64,000 nucleotides of DNA from Eledone cirrhosa. Its lineage: Eukaryota. Below are positions 54,201 through 64,000 of this stretch, one piece after another; within the stretch, counting starts at the first letter, position 1, and every line of letters starts with the position of its first letter. A model generated the notes under the pieces. That model was not told where the DNA came from, did not search any database, and was given only the letters and a program-made list of their open reading frames with translations. The DNA lies in contig OZ024740.1 of assembly GCA_964016885.1 (NCBI GenBank), forward strand, positions 290,904,001-290,968,000. The letters run 5' to 3'. The translations under genes were made by a program, and so were the position numbers.

Positions 54201-57200
54201 CTACTGTATTCTATGTAATAACTCCAGCTGTCCAGCTCCACATGTACTGTATCCCATATGTCTATAATGTCTACTGTATTCTATGTGATAACACTGTCTG
54301 TCCAGCTCCACATGTACTGTATCCCATATGTCTATAATGTCTATTGTATTCTATGTGATAACTCAATCTGTCCATCTCCACATGTACTGTATCCCATATG
54401 TCTATAATGTCTACTGTATTCTATGTGATAACTCCAGCTGTCCAGCTCCACATGTACTGTATCCCATATGTCTATAATGTCTATTGTATTCTATGTGATA
54501 ACTCCGTCTGTCCCGCTCCACATGTACTGTATCCCATATGTCTATAATGTCTATTGTATTCTATGTGATAACTCCGTCTGTCCAGCTCCACATGTACTGT
54601 ATCCCATATGTCTATAATGTCTACTGTATTCTATGTGATAACTCTATCTGTCCAGCTCCACATGTACTGTATCCCATATGTCTATAATGTCTACTATATT
54701 CTATGTGATAACACTGTCTGTCCAGCTCCACATCTACTGTATCCCATATGTCTATAATGTCTACTGTATTCTATGTGATAACTCCATCTGTCCAGCTCCA
54801 CATGTACTGTATCCCATATGTCTATAATGTCTACTGTATTCTATGTGATAACACCATCTGTCCAGCTCCACATGTACTGTATCCCATATGTCTATAATGT
54901 CTACTGTATTCTATGTGATAACTCCGTCTGTCCAGCTCCACATGTACTGTATCCCATATGTCTATAATGTCTATTGTATTCTATGTGATAACTCCATCTG
55001 TCCAGCTCCACATGTACTGTATCCCATATGTCTATGTCTACTATATTCTATGTGATAACTCCGTCTGTCCAGCTCCACATGTACTGTATCCCATATGTCT
55101 ATAATGTCTACTGTATTCTATGTGATAACTCCGTCTGTCCAGCTCCACATGTACTGTATCCCATATGTCTATAAGGTCTACTGTATTCTATGTGATAACT
55201 CCGTCTGTCCAGCTCCACATGTACTGTATCCCATATGTCTATAATGTCTACTATATTCTATGTGATAACTCCATCTGTCCAGCTCCACATGTACTGTATC
55301 CCATATGTCTATAATGTCTATTGTATTCTATGTGATAACTCCGTCTGTCCAGCTCCACATGTACTGTATCCCATATGTCTATAATGTCTACTGTATTCTA
55401 TGTGATAACTCCGTCTGTCCAGCTCCACATGTACTGTATCCCATATATCTATAATGTCTACTGTATTCTATGTGATAACTCAGTCTGTCCAGCTCCACAT
55501 GTACTGTATCCCATATGTCTATAATGTCTACTGTATTCTATGTGATAACTCCATCTGTCCAGCTCCACATGTACTGTATCCCATATGTCTATAATGTCTA
55601 CTGTATTCTATGTGATAACTCAGTCTGTCCAGCTCCACATGTACTGTATCCCATATGTCTATAATGTCTACTGTATTCTATGTGATAACTCCGTCTGTCC
55701 AGCTCCACATGTACTGTATCCCATATGTCTATAATGTCTACTGTATTCTATGTGATAACTCCGTCTGTCCAGCTCCACATGTACTGTATCCAAGATGTCT
55801 ATAATGTCTACTGTATTCTATGTGATAACACCATCTGTCCAGCTCCACATGTACTGTATCCCATATGTCTCTAATGTCTACTGTATTCTATGTGATAACT
55901 CCATCTGTCCAGCTCCACATGTACTGTATCCCATATGTCTATAATGTCTATTGTATTCTATGTGATAACTCCGTCTGTCCAGCTCCACATGTACTGTATC
56001 CCATATGTCTATAATGTCTACTATATTCTATGTGATAACACCATCTGTCCAGCTCCACATGTACTGTATCCCATATGTCTCTAATGTCTACTGTATTCTA
56101 TGTGATAACTCCATCTGTCCAGCTCCACATGTACTGTATCCCATATGTCTATAATGTCTACTGTATTCTATGTGATAACTCCGTCTGTCCAGCTCCACAT
56201 GTACTGTATCCCATATGTCTATAATGTCTACTGTATTCTATGTGATAACTCCGTCTGTCCAGCTCCACATGTACTGTATCCCATATGTCTATAATGTCTA
56301 CTATATTCTATGTGATAACACCATCTGTCCAGCTCCACATGTACTGTATCCCATATGTCTCTAATGTCTACTGTATTCTATGTGATAACTCCATCTGTCC
56401 AGCTCCACATGTACTGTATCCCATATGTCTATAATGTCTACTGTATTCTATGTGATAACTCCGTCTGTCCAGCTCCACATGTACTGTATCCCATATGTCT
56501 ATAATGTCTACTGTATTCTATGTGATAACTCCGTCTGTCCAGCTCCACATGTACTGTATCCCATATGTCTATAATGTCTACTGTATTCTATGTGATAACT
56601 CCGTCTGTCCAGCTCCACATGTACTGTATCCCATATGTCTATAATGTTTACTGTATTCTATGTGATAACACCATCTGCCCAGCTCCACATGTACTGTATC
56701 CCATATGTCTATAATGTCTACTGTATTCTATGTGATAACTCCAGCTGTCCAGCTCCACATGTACTGTATCCCATATGTCTATAATGTCTACTATATTCTA
56801 TGTGATAACACCATCTGTCCAGCTCCACATGTACTGTATCCCATATGTCTATAATGTCTACTGTATTCTATGTGATAACTCCGTCTGTCCAGCTCCACAT
56901 GTACTGTATCCCATATGTCTATAATGTCTACTGTATTCTATGATAACTCCATCTGTCCAGCTCCACATGTACTGTATCCCATATGTCTATAATGTCTTCT
57001 GTATTCTATGTGATAACACCATCTGTCCAGCTCCACATGTACTGTATCCCATATGTCTATAATGTCTACTGTATTCTATGTGATAACTCCGTCTGTCCAG
57101 CTCCACATGTACTGTATCCCATATGTCTATAATGTCTACTGTATTCTATGATAACTCCATCTGTCCAGCTCCACATGTACTGTATCCCATATGTCTATAA

Positions 57201-59627
57201 TGTCTACTGTATTCTATGTGATAACTCCGTCTGTCCAGCTCCACATGTACTGTATCCCATATGTCTATAATGTCTACTGTATTCTATGATAACTCCATCT
57301 GTCCAGCTCCACATGTACTGTATCCCATATGTCTATAATGTCTACTGTATTCTATGTGATAACTCCATCTGTCCAGCTCCACATGTACTGTATCCCATAT
57401 GTCTATAATGTCTACTGTATTCTATGTGATAACTCCATCTGTCCAGCTCCACATGTACTGTAACATGTATGTCTATAATGTCTACTGTATTCTATGTGAT
57501 AACTCCGTCTGTCCAGCTCCACATGTACTGTAGACCATATGTCTATAATGTCTACTGTATTCTATGTGATAACTCCGTCTGTCCAGCTCCACATGTACTG
57601 TATCCCATATGTCTATAATGTCTATTGTATTCTATGTGATAACTCCATCTGTCCAGCTCCACATGTACTGTATCCCATATGTCTATAATGTCTACTGTAT
57701 TCTATGTGATAACTCCATCTGTCCAGCTCCACATGTACTGTATCCCATATGTCTATAATGTCTACTGTATTCTATGTGATAACACCATCTGTCCAGCTCT
57801 ACATGTACTGTATCCCATATGTCTATAATGTCTACTGTATTCTATGTGAAAAATCTTGTGGCTAATAAAAAAAAAATCATTATTATTTAAGTAGGTAGAA
57901 TTCATAGAATTGTGTATTTGCCAGATCTTGAATTCTGAGAGCAAAATGCTGAACCTCACAAGGGAGATGATGAAGGAAATGGAGGCTGTGCTGGAAAAGA
58001 CCCATCCAACCCAGCAAGTATAGAGAAGCAGATGTAAAATGATGACCATACATAGATGGATGAATGGATGGATGGATAGATAGAAAAATATATAGATAGA
58101 TAGATATATAACTTGACATACACCACAGCAAAGATGGCAAGTCTTCTCTGTTGCTATATATGTAACATACAAAGATATATAATAAACTTAGAAAATTAAC
58201 ATAAAGACAAGACAATGAACGAAAACAAGGTAAAACGAAAAACAATTTCTTAAAGGGGAAATCCTGAAAATATTTTGTTTTGAAAATAAAAATACGAATG
58301 AAAAACACAGAACTCTAGGGTCATCAGCTGTTGAGATGGACTTTGGCAGTTTCGACATGTACTGCTGGTTACCCAGGGTCACGGGGTCTGACAAACAACT
58401 CAAAGCGCTGTTCGTGGAGTAAAAGCTAAGACAAAACAATAACATATAGCAATTAAGCCATAACAACATGTCATCATCATCATCATCATTTAACTTCCAT
58501 CTTCCACGCTAGGATGGGTTAGACGATTTTGTTCCATTTGATGCGAGAAAGGTTGGGAGACCGTGTCTCGCTCGCATGGAAGCATCTCTAGCAGGTTTTT
58601 TTTTACAGCTGGATGCCCTTCCTAATTCCAACAACATTTACAGTGTGGACTGGGAACCTTTTTACCGTGTCTCCTACACGGTCACTTTACAGTGTGGACT
58701 GTTGTGTCATCGACACAGTGGACGAAACGGAAGAGGGAGGATGCGGTAGGGTGTGGGTGTGTTCATTGGGTTAAGAGGTGCCTACTGACTCTAGGTTTGT
58801 ATGCAATGGCAGTTGGGTCTTCTATACAACTGCATGGCGCCAAAGGTCTCAATCCAGTGTCATTGTCTTAGAGAGGTGTAGGTGGGCAAGGTCAGTTTTT
58901 ATCACCTCATCCCAGGTTTTTCTTGGTCTACCCACTCCGCAGCTTCCATCAATTTTCATTGCCCTGCACTTTTTGATACAGCTGTCATCCTTCATACGCC
59001 TCCCATGTCCATACCAACGCAATCTCCTCTCCAGAACACATTTGATACCTCTTATGCTTAGTCTCCCTCTTTACTTATACTTCGCCTTTTGTGCACATTA
59101 CTATTACACATCCATCGGAGCATGCAAGCTTCATTTCTTTCTAATCTACGCAGGTCGTCACCACACAATGCCCAGGTCTCACTACCATGTAATATCGCTG
59201 TTCGTATACATACATCATACAATCTGCCTTTCATTTTTAGAGAAAAAACCCTTGTGGCCATAGGGGTATACATAGAATTTTAGCAAAGATGGCCAACTTT
59301 CTCTGTTGCTCTGTATGTATACAAGAAGATGTAGATCACAGTGAGACACTCTAAGATACATGCAACCCATGCTGGCATGAAAAAACAGATGTAAAATGAT
59401 GATAATGACGATGATGAGTACATTTTTAACAATAAAGTTTACCTGCTAGCTGCTATACTCTGTATAATATATTCAGATTTTTCTTTTAATTTCTCACAGA
59501 AATAAGCTGCTTCAGCAAATAGTCTCCTTGGCTCCTGCAACATCATACAATAAATTCAGGAATAGTAAGTATCATCATCATCATCGTTTAACGTCCATTT
59601 GCCACGCTAGCATGGGTTAGACGGTAA

Positions 59628-59667
<40 letters not shown>

Positions 59668-62402
59668 TATCATAGAAACAATTAGTTAACAAATTTTGTA
59701 ATTTTCTCTCATATAAAAATATATAAATAATTTGAAAATGTAGTTTGGTGTCTAGGGTTGCTTATTTATCTGGCAGGAGCGCTATGGTTGTATTGTTATC
59801 TGTCACCTGCAACCTGTTCTCAGACAGAACAATTAAAGTGCTCGAATGTAGTAATGCCTTTGGGGAGGATGAAATTTGACAAGAGATGCTAAAAGCCTTA
59901 AATAGAGAATGTCTTCTTCTCTAGCTGACTCCTGTGAGTTGGGTTGCCTGGATCTCTGTAAAGGCACCAAAGCAGTGGCAATCGGGAGTGATAATCCTAA
60001 TTTTCAAAAAGGGAAACAAAACAGATTGCTTTGATTATAGAGGAATCTCCTGGTTAAGCCTCCCTGGCAAATTCTATGCTAAGTGTTTGGCAAAGAGATG
60101 TAGGGATATTGTCAAGTTCAAGCTTGCTGATGAACAATATGGTTTTTGCCCCAAATGCAGCACAACTGTGACAGGTTTTTGAGAAACCATGGATGTATTG
60201 CCAAGAGGTGTATACTTGTTTCATGGATCACCAAAAACACATGGCTGCATTCCACAGGACTTGTGGAAGAGTTGATGGACAACTTCTTGCTGCTTTGAAG
60301 TTCCTAGTATTTGAAGTTCCTAGTGTTCGGAGAAATGGTGCTGTTGAAACTATTCAATGGGGGTATCAAATGTCACCAAGTGTGCATACTGTCACCCCTC
60401 CTGTTCATAATCTTCATGAACAGCATTGACATGCGTTGCTGTATTGGAAGAAGTATCAAGACTGATGGGTGTAGGATCAGTCGGCTGGAATTTACAGACA
60501 ACATGGTATAACTTAACTCATCAGAAGGTGATCTCCAGCATACACTGGATAGGTTTGCTTAAATATCTAGAGAAGAAACGGAAGACAATGAGAAAAGAAA
60601 TGAATTTCATGAACACGAAGAACTCAGTCTGACATTAAAAGATATTTGCTAAAGTCTGAGAACTCCAGGATAGGTTAGTATCATTCTAGTCATTTATTAA
60701 AGTACCGAGAACTCCAGGATAGGTTAGTGTCATTCTAGTCATTTGTCAACTGGTCAGGAACCTCCCCTGAACACTGTGAGCACCCAGTCTATCTAGGTGT
60801 AACACTGGACAGATGTCTCTCTTTTAAGATTCACATCGAGAAGACCAATTACAAAGCAAATGCGAGGGACAACATCATCCACAAGCTCACTGGCACAACC
60901 TGGGTGCAAACCAACAGACTCTGAAGTCAACTGCACTAGCTCTCAGCTGCCGAGTATGCATGCCCAGTATGGGAGTGAGGTGTCCATACCTATAAGCTAG
61001 ATCCTGCCCTCAATGCTAGTTGCCGCCTCATCACAGGCTGCCTGAAATCTACATCTACGGACCATCTGTATATCCTGGCAGGTATAGCCCCACCAGAGAT
61101 ACGATGAAGTGTAGCAAGCAAGAAAGAGCATCAACAACAGACTACTGATCAAAAACATCCTCTCTTTGGCCATGTGCCAGCCAAAAGCTGCCTTAAATCC
61201 AGGAATAGTTTCCTAAAGAACGTCACACCCCTTGGAACATCAAGCATAAGTAGTGAAAGAGTCACTTACTGGGAAGAAAAACTTAACAACCTCCCATCTA
61301 TAACAACAATGGAGCTTAAGGTGAGCAAGACACTGAGAAAGCAGAGCAATGTGTTCAGCTGTGGTGGAACCACATCTAGCCAAGCTTTGTAGCCGACACT
61401 CTTGTGGAAACGATATGAAAAAGAAGTCATCTGTCTGACTAATCCAAACAAATAGAGCAAGAAAATTGTATTTGAAAAGTACTTACATAATTGTTCATTC
61501 TACTATCTCCACAGCCCAGAATTATTTGCACAGTTTCTGGTTTTGGATGGATATTGCAATCTGGTTTTCCATTTAGATATCTCTTATCAAGAAGAAAAAG
61601 TGATATCTCTTCATCCTAAAAAATAATAAAAATAAAGATAAAATGCTTAATTCCTTTTTAGAAACAGGAAACCACTTTAAATTAACCACATGGCTATACC
61701 ATAACTTCTTTACCACAAGATTATACCATAACTTTTTCACCACATGGCTATACCTTAACTTCTTCACCACATGGCTATACTTTAACTTTTTAACCACATG
61801 GCTATAACTTAATTTCTTCACCACATGGCTATACCAGCATTTAACTTCTTCATTTCTTTTGCTCAACATGGAGCATTAGTTGATTTTCCTTGTTTCTGTC
61901 GCAGTTTTGATTAATAGAGATAAGGTTGCTAGCCTCGTGCTCCATCCCTCCTCCCTTCTCAACACAGGTTAAATACCAACCTAATATTTCAAAGTAACTG
62001 TGGGGGTGCTTGTAACCTTGGATAAAAGCCCGTTTCAGGTACTGTCAACTAGAGCCAACTGTGCCCGCAACTCAACTGAGCCTGGGACTCAATTGAGATT
62101 GGGATTCAAATTACTTTCGTCTATTTTCAAAGAGTAATCTTAACTTTGTTTTTTTTTCTTTTAATTTCAATAAAATAATGAAACAAAAGTAAAAGACATT
62201 AATGAATTACATTCTTGGAGAGGAAGTCTTTTGCAGGTTTATGCCTATCAATAACATGGCCATCTCTCATGATGATAATTTGATGAATCAAAGGGACATC
62301 TGCTTCTATAGATATTATATTTTGTATCGCTTCAATTGTTTGATTTGGCTCCAACATATAGCACAGCAAATTGTTTTTTGAAACATGGTAAATGCGTAGT
62401 AT
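3715..62402 (-). CDS. CHUK/IKBKB: IkB kinase alpha/beta-like protein, 3' 12 coding exons (ULD + scaffold/dimerisation domain + C-terminus); 5' kinase exons outside window
   Basis: Twelve exons with AG/GT boundaries join in phase (192+129+92+102+50+68+92+56+79+124+119+76=1179 nt, 392 aa + TAG). Motifs resemble IKKalpha/beta from memory: ULD ...RHKPAKDF...LFLLDK; RRLFAEAAYF~RKVWAEAVHY; SQLSIKAEFL~QQLKAKLEFF; WREME; VRRLLESCI~VRLLLQAI; LQEETISRIWKII~LQEKRQKELWNLL. Confidence 0.85.
4640..4920. repeat. 48-bp tandem repeat x~6 grown from an RTE-type 3' tail
   Basis: GGCATGGGCTGGACAGGTTTTCCAGCTTCTCACTGCAGTCTATTATCT; preceded by catcat..catgctggcatggg tail motif. Confidence 0.85.
5555..5673 (-). CDS. 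CHUK/IKBKB: IKK-like exon, Ser-rich linker and NBD helix start (GSNDELN...SRTLINDNLLLHD-N)
   Basis: tttttag acceptor, gtaagt donor; 119 nt, phase 0/2. Confidence 0.83.
6779..6859 (+). ncRNA. Probable decayed minimal type I hammerhead ribozyme (Penelope-type)
   Basis: CUGAAGA (6784-90)...GAAAC-GUAC-GUA (6843-54); stem I UAUUC/GAGUA; stem II closing pair missing. Confidence 0.45.
7600..8762 (-). mobile_element. Old RTE LINE fragment interrupted by CR1 fragment
   Basis: Degenerate KGFFHQNERQIV / AMLHRSET / PHD-like segments matching other RTE copies. Confidence 0.7.
8034..8453 (+). mobile_element. CR1/L2-type LINE 3' fragment with (ATT)n tail
   Basis: NTRGHAHKVRKQHSSHDFRKHFFTLIVAEAWNKLP C-terminal motif. 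Confidence 0.8.
8805..8928 (-). CDS. CHUK/IKBKB: IKK-like exon (SLHSSWIKFLETTNQLKEKDQRLDSLQEETISRIWKIIEDT)
   Basis: tttctttag acceptor, gtaagt donor; 124 nt, phase 2/0. Confidence 0.87.
9101..9169. repeat. 23-bp x3 tandem repeat
   Basis: GGCATATAAATTAGCTGCATCCA x3. Confidence 0.9.
9901..11960 (-). mobile_element. 5'-truncated RTE LINE (RT pseudogene)
   Basis: LAFVDLEKAFD, GVHQGSVLSP, LLYADD; Cys/His finger; stops and frameshifts; (GAT)n tail. Confidence 0.92.
12603..12681 (-). CDS. CHUK/IKBKB: IKK-like exon (DSVRRLLESCIRQSEDLCEECHSYR-M)
   Basis: ttgtag acceptor after T-rich tract, gtaagt donor; 79 nt, phase 1/2. Confidence 0.85.
13465..13826. repeat. 57-58-bp tandem repeat x~6
   Basis: ACTCTACCAAGTACTCAGACAGGCTGGGGACTCACGTCTCACTTACATATGACCCCAC. 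Confidence 0.9.
14322..14463. repeat. Degenerate GATAATGTT-rich tandem repeat
   Basis: Repeated gataatgttgat/gagagtgataatgtt. Confidence 0.75.
14655..15210 (-). pseudogene. Decayed IS630/Tc1-superfamily transposase (Sailor/DD82E-like); element about 14470-15540
   Basis: 14990..14655 translates MARVRSHEVIFSPPHHSDLQPIELIWVIVKGEMGRQY...acidic tail, with one stop; AKFH remnant upstream; subterminal inverted caaaagttatg/cataacttttg. Confidence 0.7.
15869..15924 (-). CDS. CHUK/IKBKB: IKK-like exon (IEDLKYTKITADSSFEEI-Q)
   Basis: catcag acceptor, gtaagt donor; 56 nt, phase 2/1. Confidence 0.82.
16096..16367. repeat. 27-bp inverted repeat pair bracketing ~220 bp
   Basis: ATTCATATAAAAATGAGAAATCTCATC (16096-16122) vs reverse complement at 16341-16367, 1 mismatch. 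Confidence 0.75.
16401..16610. mobile_element. Degenerate TTAA-bounded MITE
   Basis: TTAACCCTTTAG...ATAGAGTTAA termini. Confidence 0.5.
16878..21225. repeat. 54/55-bp minisatellite, ~80 copies
   Basis: GAAGTAGTTAAACTAGATATCATGGTGGAAGAGAGTAGTTACATGTATCACAGT(G). Confidence 0.97.
21703..22041 (-). mobile_element. tRNA-head / CORE-like / RTE-tail SINE
   Basis: Minus strand: TGGCTTAGTGGTTAGAGC...GAGTTCAATTC...CCTTGAGCAAGACACTT..., RTE 3' UTR, (GAT)n. Confidence 0.8.
22055..22243 (-). mobile_element. tRNA-derived SINE
   Basis: Reverse complement of family copy at 28785-28975. Confidence 0.8.
22394..22485 (-). CDS. CHUK/IKBKB: IKK-like exon (VQNIEIKADEFASNNINTSTFNEKFQALQN-I)
   Basis: attacag acceptor, gtaagt donor; 92 nt, phase 0/2. 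Confidence 0.83.
22691..22962. mobile_element. Solo LTR
   Basis: TGTG...CACA termini; 5-bp TSD AATAA at 22686-90 and 22963-67; GC-richer than flanks. Confidence 0.7.
23283..23654. mobile_element. Second solo LTR (degenerate)
   Basis: 12-bp terminal IR TGTAATATCGCT/AGCGATATTAAA; near TSD ATTTA/ATTGA. Confidence 0.6.
24066..26950 (-). mobile_element. RTE LINE, 5'-truncated (end of APE endonuclease + RT + 3' UTR)
   Basis: QVDYILTR...SQHRLII endonuclease end; KAFD, QGSVLSP, YADD; (GAT)n tail. Confidence 0.93.
27244..27311 (-). CDS. CHUK/IKBKB: IKK-like exon (TFNSAINNWREMESELEEIKSF)
   Basis: cccatag acceptor, gtaagt donor; 68 nt, phase 1/0; contains IKK WREME motif. Confidence 0.87.
27810..28255 (+). 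mobile_element. CR1-type LINE 3' fragment
   Basis: NTRGHAYKIRKQ...RVAEAWNKLP. Confidence 0.8.
28785..28975 (+). mobile_element. tRNA-derived SINE nested in maT
   Basis: A box TGGCAGTATCGG, B box GAGTTCAAATCC. Confidence 0.82.
29030..29872 (+). mobile_element. RTE LINE 3' fragment nested in maT transposase
   Basis: RVRTGWKKFRELLP...GRPKMTW, 3' UTR, (GAT)n. Confidence 0.9.
31016..31190 (-). mobile_element. Helitron-like 3' terminus
   Basis: Minus strand: hairpin CCCGAGCACCGCCGGG, 8 nt, then CTAG|T; upper boundary uncertain. Confidence 0.5.
31222..31511 (+). mobile_element. 5'-truncated CORE-like/RTE-tail SINE
   Basis: Close inverted homologue of 21703-21945. Confidence 0.8.
32296..32345 (-). 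CDS. CHUK/IKBKB: IKK-like small exon (VQLHKINLETLQLKSP-Q)
   Basis: ttttccag acceptor, gtatgt donor; 50 nt, phase 2/1; bridges the phases of its neighbours exactly. Confidence 0.82.
32390..32898 (+). mobile_element. CR1-type LINE 3' fragment
   Basis: LPYSERLASLGMDTLKLR...TRGH...RVAEAWNKLP; (ATT)n tail. Confidence 0.85.
33116..45088. repeat. 23-bp AT-rich minisatellite, ~500 copies, interrupted at 40859-41247
   Basis: AGATATACTATATATTATACACY. Confidence 0.97.
40859..41247 (-). mobile_element. RTE 3' UTR fragment inside the satellite, with ~112-bp internal duplication
   Basis: (CAT)n then 3' UTR like 24066-24330; block starting GGACTGTCTGGCGGG repeated. Confidence 0.88.
45198..45390 (-). mobile_element. 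tRNA-derived SINE with 15-bp TSD
   Basis: TAGAAAAGTAATAAT at 45188-45202 and 45391-45405. Confidence 0.85.
45484..45585 (-). CDS. CHUK/IKBKB: IKK-like exon (KALALDYEQILTSKKHPNDIRSQLSIKAEFLAK-S)
   Basis: atccag acceptor, ag|gtaatc donor; 102 nt, phase 2/2. Confidence 0.85.
45695..46332 (+). mobile_element. Second RTE-like lineage, RT C-terminal fragment
   Basis: LKQVEKFKYLG...LTYGLESW...YGHVVRM...RPRGRP..W; (GAA)n tail. Confidence 0.8.
46493..46650 (+). mobile_element. RTE-type 3' tail fragment
   Basis: gttggtgttaggaagggcatcc...(GAT)n. Confidence 0.75.
46891..57849. repeat. 70-bp minisatellite, ~157 copies
   Basis: TAACTCCATCTGTCCAGCTCCACATGTACTGTATCCCATATGTCTATAATGTCTACTGTATTCTATGTGA. Confidence 0.97.
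58471..59262 (-). mobile_element. RTE LINE 3' fragment
   Basis: KMKGRLYDVCIRTAILHGSETW; (GAT)n tail. Confidence 0.85.
59443..59534 (-). CDS. CHUK/IKBKB: IKK-like exon (EPRRLFAEAAYFCEKLKEKSEYIIQSIAAS-R)
   Basis: ttgcag acceptor, ag|gtaaac donor; 92 nt, phase 0/2. Confidence 0.87.
59830..60560 (+). mobile_element. Degenerate RTE-like RT fragment
   Basis: PKQWQSGVIILIFKKGNKTDCFDYRGISWLS; CILSPLLFIIFM; FTDN (YADD remnant). Confidence 0.75.
60751..61330 (+). mobile_element. I-group (Nimb/I-like) LINE fragment
   Basis: HPVYLGVTLDRCLSFKIHIEK...NIIHKLTGTTWG; YACPVW; LYILAGIAPP. Confidence 0.7.
61487..61615 (-). CDS. CHUK/IKBKB: IKK-like exon (DEEISLFLLDKRY...PKPETVQIILGCGDSRMNNY)
   Basis: tttttag acceptor, gtaagt donor; 129 nt, phase 0/0. 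Confidence 0.88.
61686..61835. repeat. 27-bp tandem repeat x~5.5
   Basis: ACCACATGGCTATACCTTAACTTCTTC. Confidence 0.85.
62211..62402 (-). CDS. CHUK/IKBKB: IKK-like exon, ubiquitin-like domain (ILRIYHVSKNNLLCYMLEPNQTIEAIQ...HKPAKDFLSKN)
   Basis: Acceptor tttccag, donor gtaatt; 192 nt, phase 0/0; inside track ORF 62199..62426. Confidence 0.88.
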
Positions 62403-62844
62403 CTGGAAATATATATATATATTCAAGTTATTTTATGTTTAAATGAAGAATGTCTGAAGAGAAAAACCCCCATCTAATATTAACATTATCACCACAAATG
62501 TTTTATACACTTCTATTTGAAACTGAATTTGTGTAAAACCATTATTAGCAACAATGAATTTCTGAATGAATTAATTGCTGCTTTGATTTTCAAAGAATCT
62601 TCTTTTATTGCCAAGAATCAACTGTATTGAAGCAGTATTTAGCAAATTATGAATTTTTGAAGTTTGTTAATTTAAAGTAAGCTGCTTCAACCTAACGCTT
62701 TTTTACTATGAAAATAGTAAAAATTGGAAATTGTGACATTGATATTTTTAGATACATGAAATCAATAGAGGAGAGCATATAAGTCTCTAAGAATACATAA
62801 TCACAACACTCAGATGATATGGTATCTATGAACAAACATGTATT

Positions 62845-63412
62845 TAAGCCACTTGAAACCACCTCTGGGTCTATCATGAACTGTTGTTTATATTTATCTA
62901 AAAGTCTTCCATCATAATTTCACGTAAAAACCTTTGATAAGATATATTCCAAACACCAGCTTAATAATGAAAAATTTAGTTATAACACTAAATCTCTCTT
63001 CTTCTTTGCCCACTTATTCCTGAGAGGGTCCTCAAACATGCCTTCCAGTGGGTCTTGTCAGAAGCAACTATCTCCAATTGATCCAGCTGGATCCCCAAGT
63101 GAGACCAGCTAAGCTCATGGATGTTATCTAACCATCTTGCTCAGGGTTTACCCCTGGGTCTCCTGCTGGTTGGTTTTGCCTGTAAAATCTGTCCAAATCC
63201 CTCCAAATTGATTATTTGAAAATCACAGGCAATGTCTTTTATAAGAAATATGGTAATGAAAAGGTTAATGACATAGACAGTGTTTTTCATTAGAAATATG
63301 TTAATGAAAGGGTTAATTGCATAGAGAGTGTCTTTCATTTGAAAAATGGTAATGAAAGGGTTAATGACATAGACAGTGTCTTTCATTAAAAATATAGTAA
63401 TGAAAGGGTTAA
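62845..63412 (-). mobile_element. Second copy of TTAA element with ~4 terminal 48-bp units, interrupted by RTE-like fragment (~62995-63195)
   Basis: Reverse complement of 2007-2974 motifs; insert matches 46130-46330. Confidence 0.65.
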
Positions 63413-64000
63413 AATAAACAGTAATTTCAAAGCTGATGCTCATTTATAAAGAAAATCAAATTTTTCATCTTTCCTTTTTTTTGGTAATATTCTCACAGTG
63501 AAGGAGTAAGGTAATGATTATGGTTTCAAAGCAACTGCAGATGTTTCTTTCTATTTTCTAGCAAAATACTTAATACAATATCTATTTTATATATATTTAC
63601 TTAACCATTTATTTGATATCACTTCAGTAAGTAATGGTGAGGCTACATTGGGTTAATCAGGTTTGATAAAGTGAAGACGTTTGGAGATTTCTCTTGTAAT
63701 TTTCAGAAAAATTGTTAAAAAATATTGTCACTGACTAATATTATCTTTGTCTCACTTCATATTATATTCTACTTTTATAATGCTCCATGCATAAAATATG
63801 CTAACAGCTACTTACTACAGTTTATTTAGCCATCACAGATAGATATGACATCATCTAGATAGGTTACTTAACAGAGATTAACATCCTATAAACCAGGAAA
63901 ATAATTTAATTCTTTACCTTCCTGTATGATCACAGATCAATAAATATAAACAACATAGAGAATAAGGGGTTTAACAAACCCTAGCATACAAAATTTATAG

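Noticed and set aside
46891-57849. CRISPR-like or coding reading of the 70-bp array
   Set aside because: No unique spacers, no cas genes, eukaryotic context; ORFs are frame-cycling artefacts
58315-58360. Minus-strand CGAAAC...GUC...CUGAUGA hammerhead-like words
   Set aside because: Stems I and II cannot form
63816-63885. Minus-strand segment with good acceptor and GTAAGT donor
   Set aside because: Stops in all three frames; not a coding exon, and no evidence for a poison exon

Overview
AT-rich, repeat-dense animal genomic DNA, most likely from an octopus or other coleoid cephalopod (inferred from the RTE-LINE, tRNA-SINE and TTAA-MITE content). The ORF track misses the real gene. By hand I found 12 small GT-AG exons on the minus strand (62402 down to 3715). 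They splice in phase into a 392-aa open frame matching the C-terminal half of an IKKalpha/beta-like IkB kinase: ubiquitin-like domain, scaffold/dimerisation domain and the NEMO-binding-region helix. The kinase exons must lie beyond 64000. The predicted C-terminus lacks the LDWSWL NEMO-binding core. The introns hold about 27 kb of minisatellite in three arrays (54/55, 23 and 70 bp units). They also hold RTE, CR1 and I-group LINE fragments, SINEs, two solo LTRs, a DD37D (maT) transposon with nested insertions, a decayed Sailor-like IS630/Tc1 transposase, a Helitron-like end and a probable decayed Penelope-type hammerhead. I found no convincing wholly new system. The best leads are the NBD-less IKK, the arrays seeded from TE remnants, and the inverted repeats bracketing two exons.
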